A DNA stretch of 64,000 nucleotides. It comes from an uncultured Chloroflexia bacterium. Its GTDB lineage: Bacteria; Chloroflexota; Limnocylindria; Limnocylindrales; CSP1-4. The stretch spans positions 1,024,613-1,088,612 of the forward strand of contig CAWIYR010000002.1 of the NCBI GenBank assembly GCA_963840375.1, in the 5' to 3' direction. The translations under genes were made by a program, and so were the position numbers. Positions 44,774 through 52,849 of this stretch are shown here, in pieces. Each line of letters starts with the position of its first letter. The stretch's first letter is position 1. The notes beneath the pieces are model-generated. The model was not told where the DNA came from. It did not search any database and saw only the letters and a program-made list of their open reading frames with translations.

Positions 44774-46912
44774 TCATCGGTCGGCGCCGACCTCGGCGAA
44801 CTCCGGCGCCGATGCCTCGAACTGCTCGTGGTACAGGTTCGCATAGAGGCCGCCCTGGGCGAGCAGCTCGGCGTGGGTCCCACGCTCGACGATCCGCCCG
44901 CGCTCGTAGACGAGGATCCGGTCCGCCCGGAGGATCGTCGAGAGGCGGTGGGCGATGGCGATCGTCGTCCGGCCCTCCATGAGGCGCTCGAGGGCGGCCT
45001 GGATGAGCCGCTCGCTGACCGTGTCGAGGGCCGAGGTCGCCTCGTCGAGGATGAGGATCCGCGGATCCTTGAGGAGGACCCGGGCGATCGCGATGCGCTG
45101 CTTCTCGCCGCCCGAAAGGCGGTAGCCGCGCTCGCCGACCACCGTGTCGTAGCCGTCCGGGAACTCGGTGATCCGCTCGTGGATCGCCGCCGCGCGGCCC
45201 GCCGCCTCGAGCTCGGCGTCGGTCGCCTCCGGCTTGGCATAGCGCAGGTTGTCCCGGATCGAGCTGTGGAAGAGGTAGGTCTCCTGGGTCACGAAGCCGA
45301 TGACCCGACCGAGCGACTCGAGGGTGACCGAGCGGATGTCGTGGCCGTCGATCTCGACCGAGCCGGCCTCGACGTCGTAGAGCCGTGGGATGAGGTAGGT
45401 CGTCGTCGTCTTGCCCGAGCCCGACGGCCCCACCAGGGCGACGAGCTCCCCGGGCGCGGCGTCGAAGGTGATCCCCTCGAGGGCGAACCCGGTCGGGCGC
45501 GGCCCGGGCTGGTCGATCGTGGGGCCGGCTCCGATCGCTTCGAGGGCATGCCGCTGAGCGGTCCGCTCGTCGGCGGCCTCGATGGCCAGGCCGGCGGCGT
45601 CGGCCGCGTCGCCCGACTGGAGGACGGCGATGCCCGTGGCCTCGACCTCGTCACGTCGCTCGGCGTGCTGGAGCGCGCTGATCCCGCCGTCCGGCTCGCT
45701 GGCCGCGTCGGTCTCCGCTGCGTCGGCCCCCACCTCCGCCGTCGCGACGCCGGACGTGGCCGCCGGGTACTGGAAGGCCACGTCCCGCAGCGCCACCCGT
45801 CCGGTCACGGCCCCGGCATCGAGGCTGATCGCATCCGGCGCGTCGACGATCCCGGGCTCCAGGTCGAGGTACTCGAAGATCCGGTCGAAGAGGGCCAGCG
45901 AGCCCTGCAGCTCCACCTGGACGTTGAGCAGCGAGCCGAGCGGGAAGAAGAGCCGGCTCTGGAGGGTGGTGAAGGCGACCACCGCACCGGGGCTCGGTGC
46001 CGAGGCCACGCCGTTCTGGGCCAGGCTCGCGGCCAGCCAGTACACGAACGCGGGGGCGATGCTGAAGATCGTCCCGATGATCATGAAGAACCAGCGACCG
46101 ACCATCGCCTGGCGGATCTGGAGCGCGGCCAGCCGCCGGTTGAGGTCGCGGAACCGGACGATCGATGTCTGCTGCTGGCCGAAGGTCTTCGACAGGAGGA
46201 TGCCGCTCACGCTGAGCGTCTCCTCGGTCGCCGCGGACAGGTCGGCCAGCGACTTCTGGGTCTCGGTCGAGACCGTCCGCCGGACCTTGCCGACCCGGAA
46301 GGTCAGGTAGAGGAAGAACGGGGTGATCGCCAGGGAGAGGAGGGTGAGCTGCCAGCTGAGGATGAACATCGCGATGACCGTGCTGACGGCCACCGCCAGG
46401 TTGCTGGTGAGGTTCGCCGCCGTGTCGGTCACCACGGCCTGGATCCCGCCGACGTCGTTGGCCAGACGGCTCTGGATCTCGCCCGTCCGGGTGTCGGTGA
46501 AGAAGCGCAGGGGCATCCGCTGGAGGTGGGCGTACAGGGCGTTGCGCAGGTCCTGCATGACGTTCTGGCCGACGATGTTGTTGAGGTACGCCTGGCCCAC
46601 CCCGATGAGCCCGGTGATGATCGGGATGACGACCATCAGCCCGACGTAGAGGTTGAGGTGGGTGTAGTCCTTGCCGACCAGCACCTGGTCGAAGATGACC
46701 CCGAGCAGGAGCGGGTTGATCAGGCCGAGGAGGCTCGTCGCCAGGATGGCGACCACCACGATCGCGACCTGGGGACGGTAGGGGCGGAAGAACCCGGCGA
46801 TCCGCCGGACCGTCCGGTTTCGGCGCTCGGGCGGGACGGGATGCTCGGGTGCCTCGGTCCTGGCGAACATGCCGCCCCGCCCGCCACCGCGGCCGCCGCC
46901 GCGTGGACCCAT
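44774..46912 (-). CDS. ABC exporter, fused permease/ATPase (MsbA/MdlB-like), with a large acidic insertion in the NBD
   Basis: Six TM helices. Walker A GPSGSGKTT, signature LSGGEKQR, Walker B ILILDEATS. Start at ATG 46912 (Gly/Arg-rich N-terminus) or ATG 46870. Confidence 0.85.
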   Translation of the reverse strand: MGPRGGGRGGGRGGMFARTEAPEHPVPPERRNRTVRRIAGFFRPYRPQVAIVVVAILATSLLGLINPLLLGVIFDQVLVGKDYTHLNLYVGLMVVIPIITGLIGVGQAYLNNIVGQNVMQDLRNALYAHLQRMPLRFFTDTRTGEIQSRLANDVGGIQAVVTDTAANLTSNLAVAVSTVIAMFILSWQLTLLSLAITPFFLYLTFRVGKVRRTVSTETQKSLADLSAATEETLSVSGILLSKTFGQQQTSIVRFRDLNRRLAALQIRQAMVGRWFFMIIGTIFSIAPAFVYWLAASLAQNGVASAPSPGAVVAFTTLQSRLFFPLGSLLNVQVELQGSLALFDRIFEYLDLEPGIVDAPDAISLDAGAVTGRVALRDVAFQYPAATSGVATAEVGADAAETDAASEPDGGISALQHAERRDEVEATGIAVLQSGDAADAAGLAIEAADERTAQRHALEAIGAGPTIDQPGPRPTGFALEGITFDAAPGELVALVGPSGSGKTTTTYLIPRLYDVEAGSVEIDGHDIRSVTLESLGRVIGFVTQETYLFHSSIRDNLRYAKPEATDAELEAAGRAAAIHERITEFPDGYDTVVGERGYRLSGGEKQRIAIARVLLKDPRILILDEATSALDTVSERLIQAALERLMEGRTTIAIAHRLSTILRADRILVYERGRIVERGTHAELLAQGGLYANLYHEQFEASAPEFAEVGADR

Positions 46913-46955
46913 CAGACGGCGCTCCGGCGACCGATCGTCGCCGGTCGGGACGCGC

Positions 46956-48131
46956 TCACCACGCGGCGGCGGTGCTCGCCTCGGTGATGCCCTGGGCCTC
47001 GAGCCAGCGTTCGGCGTCGATCGCCGCGCGACAACCGTCGCCGGCGGCGGTGACGGCCTGGCGGTAGCGGTGGTCGTGGACGTCACCAGCCACGAAGACG
47101 CCATCGATCCGGGTCGTGGTGTGGTCGTGGACCACGAGGTAGCCCTTCTGGTCGACCTCCAGCCAGTCCCGGAAGACCTCGCTGTCGGGCTTGTGGCCGA
47201 TCGCGATGAACAGGCCCTCGGCCGGCATCGTCCGCTCCGCGCCGGTCGTCGTGTCGCGCAGCCTGAGGGCCTCGACGTGGGCCTCGCCGAGCACCTCCTG
47301 GACGGCGGTGTTCGTGTGGACCTCGATCTTCGGGTTCTCGAAGGCGCGCTCGACCATGATCTTGCTGCCCCGGAACTCGTCTCGCCGATGGAGCAGGTGG
47401 ACCTTGCGGGCGAAGCGGGTGAGGAACGTGGCCTCTTCGAGGGCCGTGTCGCCGCCGCCGACGACCGCGATCTCCTTGTCCCGGAAGAAGAACCCGTCGC
47501 AGGTCGCGCAGGCGCTCACCCCACGACCGCGGAGGCGGGTCTCGCTCTCGAGCCCCAGCCAGATCGCACTCGCCCCGGTGGCGATGATGACGGACTCGGC
47601 CCGGTACTCCACGCCGCGAGCCCAGAGGCGGAAGGGACGGGACGAGAAGTCGACCCGGTCCACGTCGACGTCGACGACGTGGGTCCCGAAGCGGACCGCC
47701 TGCTCGCGGAAGCGGGCCATCAGGTCCGGGCCCTGGATCCCCTCCGGGAAACCGGGATAGTTCTCCACGTCGCTGGTGATCATCAGCTGGCCGCCGGGCG
47801 CCGTCCCGGCCAGGACGATCGGTTCGAGGTTCGCCCGGGCCGCGTAGATCGCCGCCGTCAGACCGGCTGGTCCGGAGCCCACGATGAGGACCTTCGCCTC
47901 GGTCCGCCCGCCATGGGCCGCGACCGCAGACGGACCGCCGGACCCGGGGGTCGCGATCGCATCCTCCGCGCCGAAGGCGATCGGCGTGACCGCCGCGGCG
48001 AGCGGGACGGCGCCGGTATCGCTGCTGAAGTCGATCGCCAGGCCGCCGAACGTGAAGGCCGGGTCGACGGGCGCCGGGGAGCTGCCGTTCGGTCCGCTCG
48101 TCTCGGGGTCTTCGGGGGTCTGGTCGGTCAT
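46956..48131 (-). CDS. trxB: Thioredoxin-disulfide reductase with a ~70-aa low-complexity N-terminal extension
   Basis: VGSGPAGLTAAIYAAR, redox-active CATCDG, VVGGGDTALEEATFL. Confidence 0.9.
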   Translation of the reverse strand: MTDQTPEDPETSGPNGSSPAPVDPAFTFGGLAIDFSSDTGAVPLAAAVTPIAFGAEDAIATPGSGGPSAVAAHGGRTEAKVLIVGSGPAGLTAAIYAARANLEPIVLAGTAPGGQLMITSDVENYPGFPEGIQGPDLMARFREQAVRFGTHVVDVDVDRVDFSSRPFRLWARGVEYRAESVIIATGASAIWLGLESETRLRGRGVSACATCDGFFFRDKEIAVVGGGDTALEEATFLTRFARKVHLLHRRDEFRGSKIMVERAFENPKIEVHTNTAVQEVLGEAHVEALRLRDTTTGAERTMPAEGLFIAIGHKPDSEVFRDWLEVDQKGYLVVHDHTTTRIDGVFVAGDVHDHRYRQAVTAAGDGCRAAIDAERWLEAQGITEASTAAAW

Positions 48132-48315
48132 CGCCGGAGGTTCCTTCGCGCAGGGTCGCGGCGGGTGGTTCGTCGCGTCGGCGCCATGGTAGCGCCGACC
48201 CTCATCGTAGCACGAGACTGATACTCCTGGGGAGTATGCCGCGAGCGGACGTCGGGTCCGTGGGGCTCCGGCCGGGTGCTCGGTCGGTGATCGGACGACG
48301 AGGGAGGACCCGGCG

Positions 48316-50019
48316 TCAGACCCGGGCCTGGACCCCGTCGTCGGGCGGGTCCGCGTTGCCGGGAGCCGCCTTGAACGGGCCGATCTCGCGACCGAGACGC
48401 TCGCGGGCGGCCGCCAGCTCGCTCCCCTTCGTGGTCGTCACGAGGATCCGCGGCCGGACCGGCGGCGTGACGCCCACGTACCGGTCCCGGAACCACCCCA
48501 GCCAGGCCTTCCGGAAGATCTCCAGCCGCTCGTAGAGTCCGCTCGAGCCGGGCGTCCCGATGACCACGAACTCGTCGCCGCCATCGCGGATCGCCCGCGT
48601 ACCGGGGATCCCCGTCAACGCCCGGCCGAAGTCGCCGATCACGTCGTCTCCCTTGGCCTGACCGAGCGCGGAGTTGAACAGGCCGAACCCGGCCAGGTCG
48701 ATGAATGCGATCTCCCAGGTCATGCCGGCCAGGCCGGGCACCTCCTGGATGCTCCGGGCGAGGTCCGCGAACCAGGCGAACGTCGGGATCTGGGTCCGCC
48801 GGTCGAGGTCGAGCCGGAGGGCGCCCGGCCACCGGAAGCGGTCGGGGAAGGGCAGCCGGGCCCGCTCGAGGAGCTCGGCCACCGCACCCGTCAGCCAGGG
48901 CACCTCCGGTCCCAGGGCTCGCCACCAGCCCTCCGGCTCCTGGCGGCGCTCCAGCCAGTCGACGGTGGCGGCCGGGTCGTAGTCGGGGTCGAGCGACAGG
49001 AGCAGGTCGGCCACGACGAGGGTGGTGAGGACATCGTCCGGCTGCCGCGGGTCGTGCCAGGCCCCGGGATCCCGGGTGCCGACCCGATCCGGCCGGGCCC
49101 CGCCGGGTGTCTGGGCGGACCGCTTGCAGAGGGTCATCAGGAGCGGCACGAGCGAGGGGTAGATCCGCAGCCGCCAGAGGACGGTGCCCAGGGCGGCACT
49201 CGCCGAGACGAGCGGCTCGCCCCGGAACGGGCCGGTACCCATCACCGCCCCGCCGACCTTGCGGGCCTGCGACGCGTACATGTAGGCGATCGCGACCGCG
49301 AGGAACCAGATCCGGTCGAGCAGACGCGGGGCGCGCGAGAGCTGCCAGAGGGCGAACAGGTCGCGCCATGGGTCGTCGGCCGAGACGAACCGGGCGAACC
49401 CCGACTCGACCGCCGGCGTGTGCTGGAGGAGCATCGGCGCGGCAGCCTCGCCGGGCGGTCCGCCCCGCTCGACGAGCGCCGCGAGGAACTCGAGCGTCTG
49501 GACCTGGGCGATCGGCTCGACGAGCCGACGGGCGTAGGCCGCGGGATCGGCGCGCCGGGCCTCGGACTCCCGCGGTCGCCAGTTGATGTCGAGCCCGTCG
49601 CAGCGTCGGTACATGGCCGACCCCGGTCCGCCGTCGGCGGGCCAGACCCAGGGGAAGTCCTGACCGTCGAGGACGGCGAGGAGGAGCGGGGTGTTCACGT
49701 GGACCCCACGCCGGAGCGCGTCGAGGGCAGCGGCCGCCACGATCGGATCGCGGAGCTCCTCCTGGCCCATCTGGTAGCCGAGCGCGTCGAGCGCCGCGTG
49801 GGCCCGCGGGATCGCCGGGAGCCGTGGGTCCGGCGCCGAGTCTCCGAGACCGCAGGGCGCCGGGGGTTCGGGGATCCGTCCTCGACCGGCGCGGGCCCGA
49901 CCCTGGCCGTACGACGACTCGACGGGGCTCTGCGACGCGGGATCGCGGGCGGGTCCCGTGAGGCGGCGGATCTCCGGGTCGTCGGTCCGCTTCTTCGGTG
50001 CATCCCCCCACGCCTTCAT
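48316..50019 (-). CDS. GGDEF-domain protein (putative diguanylate cyclase) with a ~430-aa unrecognised N-terminal region
   Basis: The C-terminal ~130 aa read FIDLAGFGLFNSALGQAKGDDVI...AIRDGGDEFVVIG (GGDEF at 48568-48582). The N-region is helical and Trp/Arg-rich, with no TM helix and no known sensor motif seen. Confidence 0.75.
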   Translation of the reverse strand: MKAWGDAPKKRTDDPEIRRLTGPARDPASQSPVESSYGQGRARAGRGRIPEPPAPCGLGDSAPDPRLPAIPRAHAALDALGYQMGQEELRDPIVAAAALDALRRGVHVNTPLLLAVLDGQDFPWVWPADGGPGSAMYRRCDGLDINWRPRESEARRADPAAYARRLVEPIAQVQTLEFLAALVERGGPPGEAAAPMLLQHTPAVESGFARFVSADDPWRDLFALWQLSRAPRLLDRIWFLAVAIAYMYASQARKVGGAVMGTGPFRGEPLVSASAALGTVLWRLRIYPSLVPLLMTLCKRSAQTPGGARPDRVGTRDPGAWHDPRQPDDVLTTLVVADLLLSLDPDYDPAATVDWLERRQEPEGWWRALGPEVPWLTGAVAELLERARLPFPDRFRWPGALRLDLDRRTQIPTFAWFADLARSIQEVPGLAGMTWEIAFIDLAGFGLFNSALGQAKGDDVIGDFGRALTGIPGTRAIRDGGDEFVVIGTPGSSGLYERLEIFRKAWLGWFRDRYVGVTPPVRPRILVTTTKGSELAAARERLGREIGPFKAAPGNADPPDDGVQARV

Positions 50020-50253
50020 CGGATGGCCCCGAGGTCTCCGGTGAGCGGTGCCTGGGTCGGGGACGCGACAGGAGCGGGGACCGTGCGCACGGGACCTTCC
50101 TCCATCCGACGTGGTCCATGCGCCGCCGCTCGCCCGGCGTGCCCTCCGGGAGGGGTGCGGTGCGGTGATGGTGGGAGTTTCGTCCTCATCGCCCGGCAGG
50201 GCCCATGGCCCGAAGGTACCGGGACCGGGCAGGACCCGTCTTCACGGTCGCGC

Positions 50254-51150
50254 TCAGAGGCCTCGCAGCGCCGGGATGACGTCGCGCCCGACGAGCTCCA
50301 GCCGGGCGATGTCGTCGACGCCGCGGAGGCTGAAGATGACGTGCTGGGCGCCGGCGTCGCTCAACTCGCCGAACCGGTCGACGACCCGGCTCGGAGACTC
50401 CGAGCCGCCCGTGCCGTCGGGGCTGATGTTCACCGACTGGAGGGTCGACCGCTCGATCTCGTCGTAGGGCCGGCCCAGCCGCTCGCAGTGCTCGCGCAGG
50501 ACCGCGTACTTGTGGGCGATCCGGGGCGGGTCGCCGAAGACGTTCGTGGCATCGGCGTAGCGAGCGACGAGGCGCAGGGTCTTCTGTTCGCCGCCGCCGC
50601 CGACCATGATCGGCGGATGCGGTCGGGTGAGCGCCTGGGGCGAGTTCAGCAACCGGGTCGCGTGGAGGTGGCGGCCATCGAGGGCGGTCTCGCTGCCGCG
50701 GTCGCCCTGCCACATCCCGTGGGCGAATCGAAGGGTCTCCTCGAGCAGCTCGAAGCGCTCGCCGAGGGGTGGGAAGGTGAACCCGAGCCCACGGCTCTCC
50801 GATTCGTTCCAGGCGGCCCCGATCCCGAGCCAGGCGCGCCCCCCCGAAAGCACGTCGAGGGTGGTGGCGGCCTTGATCCACAGACCCGGCTGGCGGTAGT
50901 GGACGCCGCCGACCATCAGCCCGAGCCGGGCCCTGGAGGAGTTGGCGGCCATGAAGCCGAGGGTCGTCCAGCCCTCGAGCATCGGGTCCTCCTCCGGGCC
51001 GTTGCCCCGGATCTGGAAGAAGTGATCCATGACCCAGATCGAGTCGAAGCCGACGTCGTCGGCGGTCCGGACGATCCGGGCGAGCGTCGGGCCGATCCCC
51101 GCGGCGCCACCGGGCCACGTGAACGAGCTGATCTGCAGGCCCACCTTCAT
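50254..51150 (-). CDS. LLM-class F420-dependent oxidoreductase
   Basis: ORF 50254..51414 trimmed to MKVGLQISSF (ATG 51150). FDSIWVMDHFF, GRAWLGIGAAW and PPIMVGGGGEQKTLRLVARYAD are typical of the luciferase-like monooxygenase family. Confidence 0.8.
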   Translation of the reverse strand: MKVGLQISSFTWPGGAAGIGPTLARIVRTADDVGFDSIWVMDHFFQIRGNGPEEDPMLEGWTTLGFMAANSSRARLGLMVGGVHYRQPGLWIKAATTLDVLSGGRAWLGIGAAWNESESRGLGFTFPPLGERFELLEETLRFAHGMWQGDRGSETALDGRHLHATRLLNSPQALTRPHPPIMVGGGGEQKTLRLVARYADATNVFGDPPRIAHKYAVLREHCERLGRPYDEIERSTLQSVNISPDGTGGSESPSRVVDRFGELSDAGAQHVIFSLRGVDDIARLELVGRDVIPALRGL

Positions 51151-51226
51151 GGCCCGAGGGTACGTCGGTGGTCGGTTCTCTGCCCGGGGCGCGATCGACC
51201 CGGCCGGGTCGATCGGCCCCCGCACC

Positions 51227-52069
51227 TCAGCGGAAGAGGTCCATCGCCTCGGGGATGAGCGCGTCGCGGACGGAGCCCTCGCCGCGGAGCGGCCGGGCCC
51301 CGCGGACGACCGCCGCCGGCCGCCCGGCGACCTTGCCGAGGGCGAGCTCCGCCGCCGAGGCGATCTCGTCGGCGACCGCCCGGACCGTGGCGCGCATGAC
51401 CCGCCCGTCGGCATCGGGCGTCCCGCGGAGGTCCTCGAGGGGCAGCAGGCCGGCCGCCCCGATCGCGACGTCGACGATCCCCCAGCGCCACGGACGCCCG
51501 AACGAATCGGAGATCACGACGGCGAGGTCCACCCCGAGGCGCTCCCGGACCCGCTCCCGGATCCGGGCGGCCGAGGCATCCGGGTCGACCGGCAGGAGGG
51601 TGACGATCGAGCCGCTCTCGGGGCCCACGTTGGATGCGTCGATCCCGCCGTTCGCGCAGACGAACCCGTGGCGGGTCTCGGTGATGATCACGCCGTTGGC
51701 CATCCGGACCACCCGGACCGCCTCGCGCAGGACGACCTCGACCTGGCGCGGGTCGCGCTCCCAGCGTTCGGCGAAGGCGATCGCCTCGAGTCGGGGCTCG
51801 ACGGTGGTCAGGTCGACGATCGCCCCTTCGGCCTTCGAGACGACCTTCTGGGTGACGACGAGGACGTCGCCGGGGTGGAGCGGCCCGCCGAGGACGGCGA
51901 CCCGATCCGCGAGCCGGGTCAGGGCCTCCGCGAGCAGCCCTGGGAGGTCGTCCCCGACCCTGATCTCGGGGATCCCCTCGAGCGCCAGCACGACCAGGTC
52001 GGGAGCGGCGTCGGTGGCGCTCGGTGCGCTCCTGCCGCGGCTCGGCCGTCGGGCGTCGTCAGCCGCCAC
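51227..52069 (-). CDS. cofE: Coenzyme F420-0:L-glutamate ligase (single-domain CofE)
   Basis: VVTQKVVSKAEG, FVCANGGIDASNV, VVISDSFGRPWR. About 280 aa, with no C-terminal nitroreductase-like domain. Alternative start at GTG 51991. Confidence 0.8.
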   Translation of the reverse strand: MAADDARRPSRGRSAPSATDAAPDLVVLALEGIPEIRVGDDLPGLLAEALTRLADRVAVLGGPLHPGDVLVVTQKVVSKAEGAIVDLTTVEPRLEAIAFAERWERDPRQVEVVLREAVRVVRMANGVIITETRHGFVCANGGIDASNVGPESGSIVTLLPVDPDASAARIRERVRERLGVDLAVVISDSFGRPWRWGIVDVAIGAAGLLPLEDLRGTPDADGRVMRATVRAVADEIASAAELALGKVAGRPAAVVRGARPLRGEGSVRDALIPEAMDLFR

Positions 52070-52712
52070 GGGCGGGGTCCAGGAGCCCGAGCTCCTCGGC
52101 GCGGATGAGGTCCTCGGGCAGGTCGAGGTCGAACGACAGCGGGCTCTCGACCTCGACGACGGCGGCCGAGACCGCCTCGGCGGCCGCTCGATGGGCGGCC
52201 CGGCTGCCGGGCCCGAAGGCGAACGCGATGACGTCGGGTGGGCTCAGGAGGAGGGCGTTCGTGCCCTCGCCGTGGCGATCCGGGACGATCGCCACGAGCG
52301 ATCGGCCGGGGGTCATGGCCTCCACCGCGGCCTCCACGACGGTCCGCACCGAGCGATCGTCGGCGGCCGGCAGGTCCGCGGCGAGGACGAGGATCGCGCT
52401 GGCGCCGTCCGCGACCGCCCACCGGACGGCCGCCCGGAGACCCTCGTTGAGGCCCTCGTCGGTCTGGCGGACCGGAGTCGCCCCGAGCGCCGCGGTCAGC
52501 CGGAGGACGACCGGATCCGGGCTGACGACGACGACCGATTCGATCGCCGGGACGTCGAGCGCCGCCCGGACGGTGCGTTCGAGCAGGCCGCCCGTCAGGA
52601 CCGTCCGCTCCTCCGCGTCGAGCGAGCCGCCCAGCCGCGACTTGGCCCCCTCGAGGGAGCGGACAGGGACGATGGCGACGAGCCGGCGGAGGTCCGCCTC
52701 GGAAGCCTGCAT
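52059..52712 (-). CDS. cofC: 2-phospho-L-lactate (or PEP) guanylyltransferase
   Basis: VAIVPVRSLEGAKSRLG, VLAADLPA; 217 aa. Overlaps cofE by 11 nt. Confidence 0.75.
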   Translation of the reverse strand: MQASEADLRRLVAIVPVRSLEGAKSRLGGSLDAEERTVLTGGLLERTVRAALDVPAIESVVVVSPDPVVLRLTAALGATPVRQTDEGLNEGLRAAVRWAVADGASAILVLAADLPAADDRSVRTVVEAAVEAMTPGRSLVAIVPDRHGEGTNALLLSPPDVIAFAFGPGSRAAHRAAAEAVSAAVVEVESPLSFDLDLPEDLIRAEELGLLDPARGG

Positions 52713-52849
52713 CAGGGCATCGTAATCGGCGTCGCCATCGCCGGCCGGTCCGCTCGGGTCGTCGCCCGACGTGCCGCAGGATGGACCGTTCGACCGCCCG
52801 CGTCGCCCCCTACACTGGTCGCGATATCGGAGCGGAGGAGACCCTTTCC

